DNA from: Patescibacteria group bacterium
Lineage (GTDB): Bacteria > Patescibacteriota > Patescibacteriia > UBA9570
DNA length: 58,410 nucleotides
Assembly (NCBI GenBank): GCA_024277435.1
Contig: JAJRVJ010000015.1
Span: forward strand, 1-58,410
Direction: 5' to 3'
Of this stretch, positions 31,330 to 40,977 are shown in pieces. Within the stretch, counting starts at the first letter, position 1. Each line of letters begins with the position of its first letter. The notes below the pieces were generated by a model, which had not been told where the DNA came from, did not search any database, and worked only from the letters and a program-made list of their open reading frames with translations. The translations under genes and the position numbers were made by a program.

Positions 31330-32259
31330 ATGGATGCAGTGCAGTGGAATACATTTATTCAAGAGCATGACGGATCGTTTTTGCAATCTTGGCAGTGGGG
31401 TAGATTTCAAGAGCGCTATGGACATACAGTAATTCGTCTGCAAAAAGATCAGCTGGCTATTCAATTAATTGTACATACGCTGCCAGCTGGCCGAACATAT
31501 TTATTCTCACCATATGGTCCGGTTGGTCATGCTAATTTTATGAGCGGACTGTTAGATCTTATTACTGCCGAGGCCACTAAACATAAGGCGGTATTTTGGC
31601 GTTATGAAAATTTACATGAGGCAATTGGTGGAAATAAGGCTCATGATATTCATCCACACTATACGTGGGTAACACCATTGGTTGATTCTGAAACTATGTT
31701 GGCCAACATGAAATCAAAGTGGCGTTATAATATTCGATTAGCAGAGCGAAAGGGAGTGACCGTACGAGTATCGAGTGATGTAAAAGATGTACGTATAGTA
31801 CATGAGTTATTATCGAACACGGCGCAGCGTCAGGGTATTTCTATTCATCTGCAAATGTATTATCAGTTAATGCTTGATGAGCTTGGGCCAGATGGAATGG
31901 CAAAGTTGTATTTGGCGGAGCATGATGGTAATGTGGTTGCCGCCAATTTAATGATTGGGTTTGGTAGCACCATGACATATGTACATGGCGGATCTAATCA
32001 TGAGTATCGATCGTTAATGGCACCTCACGCATTGCAATGGAAGGCCATGATGGATGCCTATGAAGCGGGATATACGCAATATGATTTTTTTGGAATCGCA
32101 CCCCCTGATCAGCTAGATCACCCTTGGGCAGGAATTACCAGATTCAAACAAGGTTTTGGTGGAGAGTTGCGTGAATATTCTGGAACATATGAAGTTCCAC
32201 TGAATAAAATGTGGTATAATGCATACAGCTTGGCTAAGAAAATACGTAGTGAACACTAG
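31330..32259 (+). CDS. FemAB/FemX-family peptidoglycan peptidyltransferase
   Basis: FLQSWQWG, KWRYNIRLAERKGV, YDFFG, GITRFKQGFGG. Confidence 0.9.
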   Translation: MDAVQWNTFIQEHDGSFLQSWQWGRFQERYGHTVIRLQKDQLAIQLIVHTLPAGRTYLFSPYGPVGHANFMSGLLDLITAEATKHKAVFWRYENLHEAIGGNKAHDIHPHYTWVTPLVDSETMLANMKSKWRYNIRLAERKGVTVRVSSDVKDVRIVHELLSNTAQRQGISIHLQMYYQLMLDELGPDGMAKLYLAEHDGNVVAANLMIGFGSTMTYVHGGSNHEYRSLMAPHALQWKAMMDAYEAGYTQYDFFGIAPPDQLDHPWAGITRFKQGFGGELREYSGTYEVPLNKMWYNAYSLAKKIRSEH

Positions 32260-32267
32260 TACCAAAT

Positions 32268-32993
32268 ATGGATATTGTTATCGCAGCTGCCGGTAAAGGT
32301 ACGCGCTTGAAGGAATACACAAAACACTTGCCTAAACATATTATTGAAATAGCTGGTAAGCCTTTTTTATATTATCTACTTGATTCAGCTGTCGCTGCCA
32401 AGTTTAATCGTATTATTATTGTAGGTGGTCACCATTATGACAAATTAGTTCATGCAGTAAATCGGTATCCTGCGCATGAAGGGGTTGAAATTATTACTGT
32501 AAATCAGTCTGAAATGATTGGTCCTGATAAGTATGGTACAGCCTGTCCGGTGTTGGCAGTAGAAAATTTGATCCGGGGGGATAGATTTGTATATACTATG
32601 GGCGATCATTTACTTTCAGCAACCGATTTAGTGCGCATGCAAATGTCTACTCGAGAAATGCTATTAGCAACGTACGAACATTCTCAGCCGGAACGTTTTG
32701 GTGTCGTTGAAGAAAATGCAGATCATCAATTGATACGTATTGTTGAGAAGCCGAGTAATCCAACTAGTAATCGCGTGAATGTTGGATTGTATACACTATC
32801 GAAGCATATTTTCCCTGCCCTCCATTCTTTAAAGAGTTCCGAACGAAATGAATATGAAATTACGGATGCTTTAAATCAGGAGGCGAAGCAATATCCTGTG
32901 AGAGTATTGTCGCTAGAAGGTTACTGGTTAGATTTGGGTCGGCCAGAAGATATTTCGTCGTTAGAACAGTTCTTGAAGACGGCGCAGGTATGA
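32268..32993 (+). CDS. Sugar-phosphate nucleotidyltransferase
   Basis: AAGKGTRL...PK, VEKP, EYEITD, WLDLG. Confidence 0.9.
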   Translation: MDIVIAAAGKGTRLKEYTKHLPKHIIEIAGKPFLYYLLDSAVAAKFNRIIIVGGHHYDKLVHAVNRYPAHEGVEIITVNQSEMIGPDKYGTACPVLAVENLIRGDRFVYTMGDHLLSATDLVRMQMSTREMLLATYEHSQPERFGVVEENADHQLIRIVEKPSNPTSNRVNVGLYTLSKHIFPALHSLKSSERNEYEITDALNQEAKQYPVRVLSLEGYWLDLGRPEDISSLEQFLKTAQV

Positions 32994-33901
32994 AGAAAAT
33001 TGTTACCATCGGTGGTGGATCTGGTCAATTTGAATTACTTCATCACCTCAAAGAGTATGATGTAGAAATAAGCGCCGTGGTTACCATGATGGATGACGGC
33101 GGATCTACTGGTAAACTGCGCGAGCAACTAGGTGTATTGCCGCCCGGGGATGTGCGTCGTTGCCTACGAGCTCTTGCACAAACGGATTCTGGACTACCAG
33201 ATTTATTAGAGCATAGATTTTCCGCTGGAGATCTAGAAGGGCATACGGTGGGTAATATTATGATTTCAGCATTAGAGCAGCAGTATGGAGATTTTGGCAA
33301 GGCTGTGGCCGAATTAGCTCGTGTACTTAATATTAAAGGTGAAGTATTGCCAGTAACATTCGATCAAGCAACATTGTGCGCTACATTAGAGGATGGCTCG
33401 GTGGTTGAAGGAGAGACTAATATTGATATTCCTCAACATGATACTGCGCTGCGTATTAAAGATGTATTTTTAAAAGGTGATCCACAAGTAAATCCAGCAG
33501 TGCTTAATGCCATTGCTAAGGCGGACATGATTATTCTTACTATTGGGGATGTATATACAAGTGTAATTCCAAACTTATTAGTTACTGGTGTGGCTGACGC
33601 ACTAATGAAAGCTAAGGGTACGTTGATATACACCTGTAATCAAACAATTAAAGTAGGAGAAACCGATGGGTTTACTGCTTACGATTATGTAACAACGTTG
33701 GAACGTTATTTGTCTGGCAGGAAACTTGATACTATTGTTGTAAACAAAGATAATGCTGAAGTTTCGGAAGACGATGCTTCGATTGTGCGCTGTGACGTAT
33801 CTACACTTGAGCAGCATGGTATTCAAGTTGTGTTAGGAGATGTAGCTGATGGAAATATTGTAAGTGGAGAAAAGCTCGCTAAGATTGTAGCTGAATTATG
33901 A
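32990..33901 (+). CDS. yvcK: YvcK/GlmR (CofD-like) family protein
   Basis: IGGGSG, DDGGSTG.LR, PPGDVR, GHTVGN, YTSVIPNLL. Confidence 0.88.
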   Translation: MKKIVTIGGGSGQFELLHHLKEYDVEISAVVTMMDDGGSTGKLREQLGVLPPGDVRRCLRALAQTDSGLPDLLEHRFSAGDLEGHTVGNIMISALEQQYGDFGKAVAELARVLNIKGEVLPVTFDQATLCATLEDGSVVEGETNIDIPQHDTALRIKDVFLKGDPQVNPAVLNAIAKADMIILTIGDVYTSVIPNLLVTGVADALMKAKGTLIYTCNQTIKVGETDGFTAYDYVTTLERYLSGRKLDTIVVNKDNAEVSEDDASIVRCDVSTLEQHGIQVVLGDVADGNIVSGEKLAKIVAEL

Positions 33902-34467
33902 AAACAGTAATTATTGATTTTGATGATACATTATTAAATACTACTGCGCTTAAGAAGGCATTAGCACAAAGTTTGGGATTAAGTGAGGAACAATGGAGTG
34001 ATGCGTATAGGCGTTACGTTGAAGATAATAATACATTTGATGCCGCTGGTTTTTTACAGGGAGTAGATGCCGCAAAGCGTAAAAAATTTGAACAGGTATT
34101 ACAACGTACACAAACGTTCATGTATCCAGATAGCAGGCAATTTATAAATCAATGCTTGGAATCTGGGTGGCGAGTGGTTATTTTAACCTACGGTGATGTT
34201 CGATTACAAACTGCTAAGCTAGATGCCGTTGATTGGCCAGAGGCTGTTGAGCGAAGAGTGGTAGATGTACGAAAAGTAAATGTACTGAGTGAATATATAA
34301 GTGACACAACGGTCATTATTGATGATAAGCCTGCAGAGCTAGATTTAATAGCTGAGCAGTTTCCAGCAGTATCATTATATTGGATGAAACGAGCTACTGG
34401 CGCGCATCGTGATACGGAACCCAAGCGATATGATACAATGGTTACAGATTTAAGTATTATTTTGTAA
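33898..34467 (+). CDS. HAD-like hydrolase
   Basis: IDFDDTL, LTYG, IIDD motifs. Confidence 0.8.
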   Translation: MKTVIIDFDDTLLNTTALKKALAQSLGLSEEQWSDAYRRYVEDNNTFDAAGFLQGVDAAKRKKFEQVLQRTQTFMYPDSRQFINQCLESGWRVVILTYGDVRLQTAKLDAVDWPEAVERRVVDVRKVNVLSEYISDTTVIIDDKPAELDLIAEQFPAVSLYWMKRATGAHRDTEPKRYDTMVTDLSIIL

Positions 34468-34471
34468 CTAT

Positions 34472-34768
34472 ATGGCGTATTCATCACGGGAAAGTACAAA
34501 AGGCAAAGGTATAAAAGGGGTAGATAATTTAGGGGTAGGTGTTTTTTATTATTATAGTAATGAACTCGATCAACGAGATGGTAATGACGATAAAGCGGTA
34601 TCTGATAAACGAGCTGAAGCAATGGCGCAAACACTTGATAATGATGCTGGTGGAGAGTTAGAAAAGTTAAAGAAAATTCTTGCATCAAAGGATCGTCATA
34701 AGATTCCAGGATATGGAGTATTTGTTACCGTAAAATATCGAGATGGTGACTTGTGGATTTTAGCCTAG
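34472..34768 (+). CDS. Hypothetical protein
   Basis: 98-aa ORF fitting tightly between neighbours in the operon. Confidence 0.65.
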   Translation: MAYSSRESTKGKGIKGVDNLGVGVFYYYSNELDQRDGNDDKAVSDKRAEAMAQTLDNDAGGELEKLKKILASKDRHKIPGYGVFVTVKYRDGDLWILA

Positions 34769-34769
34769 C

Positions 34770-35933
34770 ATGCAGATATATTCGGTAAGTGAATTTGTAA
34801 AAGGCATCAACCAACTTCTTGTTGGCATTCCTTCGGTTGTGCAAGGTGAAGTGAGTAATTATCGAGTTTCACAAAATCGGTTCGTGTGGTTCGACTTGAA
34901 AGATGAAAATAGTTACGTAAGTTGTTTTGCGCTTACCTTTCAAATGAAGGATGAGTTGGAAGACGGGATGGAGATTCAAGTATTTGGAAATCCTGGCTTA
35001 TTCAAGAAATCTGGAAAGTTTCATATTCGTGTAAAAAAAGTACAAATGGTAGGTGCTGGCGGATTGAAGAAGGAGTACGAAAAATTAAAAGCCAAGCTTA
35101 CTAAAGAGGGGTTATTTGATGAAGGTCGTAAGCGACAGCTACCGCGCTTTCCCAAGCGAATTGCACTAGTCACGTCGCGTGATGCAGCAGCATACACAGA
35201 TGTGCAGCGAATACTTAATAATCGTTGGGGCGGTTTAGACATTACGCTTTTTCATGTTCAAGTGCAGGGCGCAAAGGCGGTGAATTCTATTGCTGCAGCT
35301 TTACATACAATAAATGAAGAGTATGCCGATGATTTTGATGTTGCTATTCTTACGCGCGGCGGAGGATCGATGGAGGATTTGCAGGCATTTAATGATGAAG
35401 ATGTTGTGCGGGGTGTATTTGCGATGAAGATACCAACGGTAGTAGGAATTGGTCATGAACGTGATGAAACTCTAGCTGAGTATGCGGCGGATAAACGGGC
35501 GTCAACACCATCAAATGCTGCTGAGTTAATTGTTCCAGATAAGCGTGATGTGTTGTATCAACTACAAACATTAGTACGGCAACAAGAGCAGGCGCTTCAA
35601 GAACAGGTTAACGCGATGGGAAGTAGGGTTCGTAGCGCCATTGATATATTAGACGATCAAGCTGCTCGATACGTTAGCTCGGTTCGTGATTTGCAACAGA
35701 GGTTTTTATTGCAGGCTAACACATGGGAAACGCAAGTGCATACAGCGCTTGAATCTGTTCATCATCAGCAGAAATTATTATCTTCATATAACCCGAAGGG
35801 TATCTTACAGCGAGGGTATTCAATTACTCGGTTAGCGGATGGTACAGTTGTATCTAAAAAAGAACACACTAAAAAGGGAGATACTATTTCCACAATTATT
35901 GCTGATGGTGAAATACGCTCTAAAGTGTTATAA
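34770..35933 (+). CDS. xseA: Exodeoxyribonuclease VII large subunit
   Basis: VQGEVSN, EGLFD..RK..LP, RGGGS.EDL..FN, GIGHE.D, TPSNAAE. Confidence 0.97.
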   Translation: MQIYSVSEFVKGINQLLVGIPSVVQGEVSNYRVSQNRFVWFDLKDENSYVSCFALTFQMKDELEDGMEIQVFGNPGLFKKSGKFHIRVKKVQMVGAGGLKKEYEKLKAKLTKEGLFDEGRKRQLPRFPKRIALVTSRDAAAYTDVQRILNNRWGGLDITLFHVQVQGAKAVNSIAAALHTINEEYADDFDVAILTRGGGSMEDLQAFNDEDVVRGVFAMKIPTVVGIGHERDETLAEYAADKRASTPSNAAELIVPDKRDVLYQLQTLVRQQEQALQEQVNAMGSRVRSAIDILDDQAARYVSSVRDLQQRFLLQANTWETQVHTALESVHHQQKLLSSYNPKGILQRGYSITRLADGTVVSKKEHTKKGDTISTIIADGEIRSKVL

Positions 35934-35943
35934 TTTGTAAACT

Positions 35944-36198
35944 ATGGCAAAGAAAAAAACGACTAAATTCGCAAAATCAACTAGTAGTGCCTTGGATTTT
36001 CAAAAGGAATTTACTAAGTTAGAAAAAATTACTGACGAGTTTGAATCTGGTGAGTATGATTTGGAAACCGGCCTCAAGAAATTTGAGGAGGGATTACGAT
36101 TAGCGCAAATGCTAAAAGAGCACTTAGAAGAGGTTGAAAATCGTATATCAACAATCAAGGGAAAATACGATGAGCTTACACAAGAAAAAGAAGATTAA
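35944..36198 (+). CDS. xseB: Exodeoxyribonuclease VII small subunit
   Basis: F....KLE.I....ESG..DLE..LK.FEEG pattern; follows xseA. Confidence 0.92.
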   Translation: MAKKKTTKFAKSTSSALDFQKEFTKLEKITDEFESGEYDLETGLKKFEEGLRLAQMLKEHLEEVENRISTIKGKYDELTQEKED

Positions 36199-37090
36199 GA
36201 AACGGCAGTCAGTTGCCGATGGTCCTGCAGTTGAACAGCCAATGTCAAGAAAGAGGATGGGTTGCAAGCGCTTTTTAGTTAAGTGGTTTGTAATATTTAT
36301 GGTATGCATTGTGGGCGTACTCATTATTGTTCCAGCTATTATTTATGCAGCTCAGCCGGATTATTATAAAATACTTATTATTGGTTCAGATCAACGCGGA
36401 ACAGAACGCGCTAGGTCTGACGCCATTATGATTCTTTCAGTTCCGAAGAAACGGGATGATCCTTTTTCAATTATCATGATTCCGCGTGATACAAAAATTG
36501 AGCATGAGGAAAAAGGTTTGCAAAAACTTACGCACTTCTATGCGATGTGGGAAGATGAGGATGAATATTTAGGAAACATAGATTTTACGCGAGAAGTTAT
36601 TGAGGATTTACTAGATGTTAAACTTGATGGAACAATTGAGGTGACCTTTGATAGTTTTATAGAAATTGTTGATATGGTAGGTGGTGTGGATACAGAAAGC
36701 GAAGGTCATTTAGATGGCGCTGCAGCGAAGGAGTTAGTTCATAATCGCTTCAATAAAGCCGAGGGAGATTTTGGAAGAGCCGCAGCTCAACGGGAGGTGC
36801 TACGTAATTTGATGAGTAGGATGAAAGATCCAGTTGCAGCTCAGCAGATGTATGAATATTTTAAGAACACGGATAGAGCGCGCTTAAATATAAATCGTAC
36901 GAGCGCGATGGTATTTGGTGCGGCGTATATTATTGGACATCGTGGAGATACATCAATTGGAGAAGTAGAGGAAGTTGTACTTCCTGTGAGTGGTCAGCGC
37001 ATATATACAGCATCAGCTGGAAAGGAATTATCTTATCAAGTAGTTGATGAGGATGAGTTGATTGAATTGGTTGAGGAATACTTACGCTAG
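36170..37090 (+). CDS. LCP (LytR-CpsA-Psr) family protein
   Basis: TM helix, ILIIGSD, RSDAIM, IPRDT, VDMVGGV, GDFGR..AQ. Confidence 0.9.
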   Translation: MSLHKKKKIKKRQSVADGPAVEQPMSRKRMGCKRFLVKWFVIFMVCIVGVLIIVPAIIYAAQPDYYKILIIGSDQRGTERARSDAIMILSVPKKRDDPFSIIMIPRDTKIEHEEKGLQKLTHFYAMWEDEDEYLGNIDFTREVIEDLLDVKLDGTIEVTFDSFIEIVDMVGGVDTESEGHLDGAAAKELVHNRFNKAEGDFGRAAAQREVLRNLMSRMKDPVAAQQMYEYFKNTDRARLNINRTSAMVFGAAYIIGHRGDTSIGEVEEVVLPVSGQRIYTASAGKELSYQVVDEDELIELVEEYLR

Positions 37091-37091
37091 T

Positions 37092-37856
37092 ATGTTTAGA
37101 GCTTCTGCGTATAAGTTAAATATGTATGAAACATGTCCGCAGCAATACAAGTTCACATACATTGATCATATTGCTGATGAGTACAAGCAACCAAAGCCCT
37201 ATTTAACAATGGGAGCGCATGTGCATAATTCACTAAAAGATTTTTACGATAATATTGAACCCACAGAGCGAAGTTGGGATGTATTAGAGGGTATCTTGCG
37301 GAGAAGGTGGCGTGAAAACAGATCTGGCTTTGCAGATAGAGAGGATGAAAAAAATTGGGGCATGCGCGCTTTGCAGATGCTTAAAGCATTTTATTTTAAA
37401 AATGATATTACTAAAACCCCAGTAATGCTGGAGGATTTTTATGATATGGATCTAGCTGAGGATATTCGTGTTGTTGGACGGATTGATAGGGTTGATGAAG
37501 AAGATGAAGGGCTGCATGTAATTGATTACAAAACTGGCAAGTACAATAAAGAGGATGTGTCGGACTTGCAATTAATTATTTATGCAATGATTGTTGAGGC
37601 TAATTCTAAGCAACGAGTGCATAAGGCTTCGTATTTATATTTAACCACTAATCAGTGGTATAGTTTGGATATCAGTTCTGATATGTATGAAGCTGTTGCA
37701 GAGCAGCTTATCGAGCGAGTTGAAATAATTAAGCAAGATAAAGAGCTTAATCCGCGTATTAATAAGTATTGTAAGAATTGCGATTTTATTGATATATGTC
37801 CCAAATCAGAGGAGGTTAAGCAGCTTATTGAAAAGAAGACACTACCAAATATATGA
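37092..37856 (+). CDS. PD-(D/E)XK RecB-family nuclease with Fe-S cysteines
   Basis: CPQQY, GRIDRVD, IDYKTG, QL.IY, CxxC-x5-C. Confidence 0.9.
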   Translation: MFRASAYKLNMYETCPQQYKFTYIDHIADEYKQPKPYLTMGAHVHNSLKDFYDNIEPTERSWDVLEGILRRRWRENRSGFADREDEKNWGMRALQMLKAFYFKNDITKTPVMLEDFYDMDLAEDIRVVGRIDRVDEEDEGLHVIDYKTGKYNKEDVSDLQLIIYAMIVEANSKQRVHKASYLYLTTNQWYSLDISSDMYEAVAEQLIERVEIIKQDKELNPRINKYCKNCDFIDICPKSEEVKQLIEKKTLPNI

Positions 37857-38650
37857 GCGAACAAAAATTTATTGTCTATGATGTAGAAACCCAAAAAACA
37901 TTCGCAGAGGTTGGTGGTTTTAATAATCAAGCAGCTCTTAAGGTTTCATACCTAGGTTTGTATTCATACACGCAAGATAAATATTTTGGTTTCTTTGAAG
38001 ATGATATGCAGAAATTGGAGCGCATTTTACTTACTGAAAAGCCAACTATTATTGGGTTTAACTCAATAAGTTTTGATAATAATGTAGTGCAGCCATATTT
38101 TAAGCAGCTGAAGATTGGTGAGTTACCACAAATTGATATTCTTGCAGAAATATTCGAACAATTGGGATTTCGTATGAAGCTAGAAAGCGTGGCGCAGGCA
38201 ACGTTAGGCGAGGGTAAATCTGGATCTGGTCTTGATGCGATTCGTTATTACCGTGAAGGAAATAACGAAGCTCTAGCTAGGTATTGTTTAGATGATGTGC
38301 GTATTACGAAAGATCTTTATGATTATGGTAAACGGCATGGTTATATATTATATACATCGGGAGGTGATGTTCATACAATGAACGTGTCTTGGGCTGATGA
38401 GCAAACTATCACCGATAAATTAAAACAAGCACATACAGAGCATAAACAAGTAGAAGTGAATTATTTACAAATGATTGAAGGAGCGGAGCCGGAACGGTTT
38501 ATAACAAATTTAGATATTATTTCTGTATCGGGGTTTCAACTTGAAGTGTTTTGTCATCGATCTAATGCAACAAAAGTATATGACGTAAGGCGCATTTTGA
38601 AACTTAAATATACGGGAGAGCAATACGCGTATCAAGATACGTTTTTATAG
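37853..38650 (+). CDS. RNase H-like (YprB/DEDD) exonuclease fused to a WYL-like domain
   Basis: YDVETQ, IGFN...FD, YC..DV; C-terminal ~65 aa (KQVEVNY...LEVFCHRSNATKVYDVRRI) fits the WYL pattern. Confidence 0.8.
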   Translation: MSEQKFIVYDVETQKTFAEVGGFNNQAALKVSYLGLYSYTQDKYFGFFEDDMQKLERILLTEKPTIIGFNSISFDNNVVQPYFKQLKIGELPQIDILAEIFEQLGFRMKLESVAQATLGEGKSGSGLDAIRYYREGNNEALARYCLDDVRITKDLYDYGKRHGYILYTSGGDVHTMNVSWADEQTITDKLKQAHTEHKQVEVNYLQMIEGAEPERFITNLDIISVSGFQLEVFCHRSNATKVYDVRRILKLKYTGEQYAYQDTFL

Positions 38651-38941
38651 CATCGATACAAACTGAGCCACTACTTGAAATTTCTTACCAACGGATAATT
38701 TTTTACGTGAACGCACTCGTTTTATCATTTTCTTTTTTGTGCGAGTAGTATTTTTTTTACCATTAACATGTTTATGTACAGAACGAATGCTTGGTCCGAA
38801 TAACTCTATCAAAACACTTTCCGGCAATTGTTTAAATTGACCAACGGTAGATATTTCTAAGGATTGTAATACTTTAGCTGTACGTGAACCAATGCCTGGA
38901 AGCATATGAATTGGTACTGTACTGTTATTAGAAAATGACAT
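38645..38941 (-). CDS. Helix-hairpin-helix protein (Y-family polymerase thumb-like), downstream of lexA
   Basis: LPGIGSRTAKVLQSLEISTVGQ...L...FG; basic C-terminal tail. Confidence 0.7.
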   Translation of the reverse strand: MSFSNNSTVPIHMLPGIGSRTAKVLQSLEISTVGQFKQLPESVLIELFGPSIRSVHKHVNGKKNTTRTKKKMIKRVRSRKKLSVGKKFQVVAQFVSML

Positions 38942-38950
38942 ATATAAATA

Positions 38951-39598
38951 TTAGTTGGCAAATTTGCGAATAATTCCTTGAACGGTTCCTTGAATAATTA
39001 CACTTCGTACCTTAATAGGTTTGTAGTTTTTGTTACGTGGCTGTAATCGGATATAATTTTTTTCTTTGTGATACTCTTTTAACGTTGCAGTTCCGTTATC
39101 TAGAAGAGCTACTACAATGTCACCATTATTTGCATAATCTTGTTTTTGAACAATCACGTAATCACCGTCGGAAATTAAACTTTCTATCATGGAGTCTCCC
39201 TTTACTTTTAGAACGTATGAATTATCATTTCGAATCATATGTTTTGGAACGGTCATGGTTTCCGAGGTATCTTCAATTGCCTCAATGGGTTCACCGGCAG
39301 TAATAAGTCCAACAATTGGTAGCTCTAGCATTGCGCCAGTTACGTATGTTTCTTGATCTAATTCTTGTGCTAATTTATCGGGAGGTGTTACAAGTTGCAT
39401 ATCGCGAGCTTTGTTGTAAGCGCGCTCTAGGAGGCCCATACCTTCTAATTCACTAAGATGTTGATGTACAGTGCTAACAGATTTCAACTTAAATTTCGTG
39501 GCAATTTCCTCAAGGGTAGGGAAGTAACCATTGTCAGTTTGAAATAGGTTGATGAAATCAAGGATTTCACGTTTACGTTTAGTGAGTGCTGGGCTCAT
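38951..39598 (-). CDS. lexA: SOS repressor LexA
   Basis: wHTH (PTLEEIA...STVHQHL), AG cleavage site (ITAGEP), catalytic GDSM and ATLK. Confidence 0.97.
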   Translation of the reverse strand: MSPALTKRKREILDFINLFQTDNGYFPTLEEIATKFKLKSVSTVHQHLSELEGMGLLERAYNKARDMQLVTPPDKLAQELDQETYVTGAMLELPIVGLITAGEPIEAIEDTSETMTVPKHMIRNDNSYVLKVKGDSMIESLISDGDYVIVQKQDYANNGDIVVALLDNGTATLKEYHKEKNYIRLQPRNKNYKPIKVRSVIIQGTVQGIIRKFAN

Positions 39599-39820
39599 AG
39601 TTTTCTTGTTAGAACGTGCCGTGGCTCGCTCTTGCTAATTATTTTGTTTTTGGTGGGTCCCGGCCACTGGTAACCGTCGTTGTTGCAGTGACCGGTCCGG
39701 ACCGTTTGGTCAATACTCCTTCCTAGGATTCTCCTATTGGCCAAGCAGTCAGGAGAGGTTTTCGACTACGCGCCTCGTGTAGCATTTTAGAAAACCTGCC
39801 CCGCTATAAGTTGTAATAGA

Positions 39821-39884
39821 ATTATAAACCGAATAAAAACCGAACGTCAAATTGGTCTTGTGGATAACTTCGGTTTTTGTTCGG
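39821..39884 (-). promoter_or_regulatory. lexA promoter with two TTCGG-N6-TTCGG direct-repeat operators and a DnaA box
   Basis: TTGACG (39850-39845)-18-TATAAT (39826-39821); CCGAA-N6-CCGAA at 39829-39844 lies in the spacer; TTCGG-N6-TTCGG at 39869-39884; TGTGGATAA at 39859-39867. Confidence 0.8.
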
Positions 39885-39933
39885 TCTCTCTAGGATTTCC
39901 CCCTTATTTTAATGAGTATATACTAGGGATGAG

Positions 39934-40977
39934 TTAATCTTCCCGATCGAGTTCGGTTTTATATTTTTGTTCGTAAATTTTCCAAATGCTTAGGAGGAAG
40001 GCGGTTACAACTGGGCCAATCACAATTCCAGATAATCCAAAAGATAATAAGCCACCAAGCGTTGCGAAGAAAATGAGTAGGGGATGCATTTGTACATCTT
40101 TTCCTACAAGTGGACCTCGTAGGAAATTATCTATCATGTTGGAAATAATAAGTGCTATTAGCACTACTACCGCTTGCCAAGTGCTACCTGTCATAAATAA
40201 AATTATCGTAGCTGGTAGTAATATAACAATAGCTCCAATACCTGGAATGATAGAAAGTACAATCATAATCACTCCCCAAAAGGCTGCGGCCGGTACCCCG
40301 GTAATCATAAATGCAATTCCACCAATTACACCTTGAATTAATCCGATGAGTAGCGTTCCTTTTAATGTGGCGCGCGTTGTTGAAACAAATCGTGTGTAGA
40401 GTTCTTTTTCAAATTTATCACCTAGTGGTAACAAGTGCATGAATTTTTTTAGAATAGCCGGACCATCTTTTAAGAAGTAATACAATGTGTATAGCATTAT
40501 AAAGAACTGAATGAAGGCGCGAGCAGTATTTTGTCCGCTACTAGCAGCAAATTGATACGCGGATCCAGATAGCGAAGAAGCCCATTCCGTAAGCTTTGCC
40601 TTTATATCTATTTCACCAATAACATTTTGAATCCAGGGTATTTCTAAATAACTCTGCAGGGTTTGGCTTATGGCATTAAATGTATCTTGATTGCCAAATG
40701 TACTATATACGCTGATAGCTTGTTGAATAATAAGCGATATGATTCCAGCTATAGGAATAAGGAATACCAGAATAACAATTATGAGTGTTATGGATGCCGC
40801 AATGCTTTTATGCTTTACTCGCCTTTCAATGCGTGTGTGGATTGGATAAAAGAGCGTTGCTATTACTGCTGCCCAAAATAAGGGATACATATATGGTCGT
40901 AGCATCCATAGAAAAATGAGCGTAATGCCAATAAGGGCAATAAAAAATGTTGTGCTTTGAATTTTTTTAAAGTCCAT
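39934..40977 (-). CDS. AI-2E family transporter
   Basis: Multi-TM; YYFLKDG, IPGIG, DNFLRG.LVG....MHPL, GLSGIVIGP. Confidence 0.92.
   Translation of the reverse strand: MDFKKIQSTTFFIALIGITLIFLWMLRPYMYPLFWAAVIATLFYPIHTRIERRVKHKSIAASITLIIVILVFLIPIAGIISLIIQQAISVYSTFGNQDTFNAISQTLQSYLEIPWIQNVIGEIDIKAKLTEWASSLSGSAYQFAASSGQNTARAFIQFFIMLYTLYYFLKDGPAILKKFMHLLPLGDKFEKELYTRFVSTTRATLKGTLLIGLIQGVIGGIAFMITGVPAAAFWGVIMIVLSIIPGIGAIVILLPATIILFMTGSTWQAVVVLIALIISNMIDNFLRGPLVGKDVQMHPLLIFFATLGGLLSFGLSGIVIGPVVTAFLLSIWKIYEQKYKTELDRED

Noticed and set aside
39764-39776. 13-mer GACTACGCGCCTC shared by the lexA leader region and the rpoB leader (~46215)
   Set aside because: Opposite orientation relative to the two transcripts, and isolated 13-mer matches are expected by chance in 58 kb.
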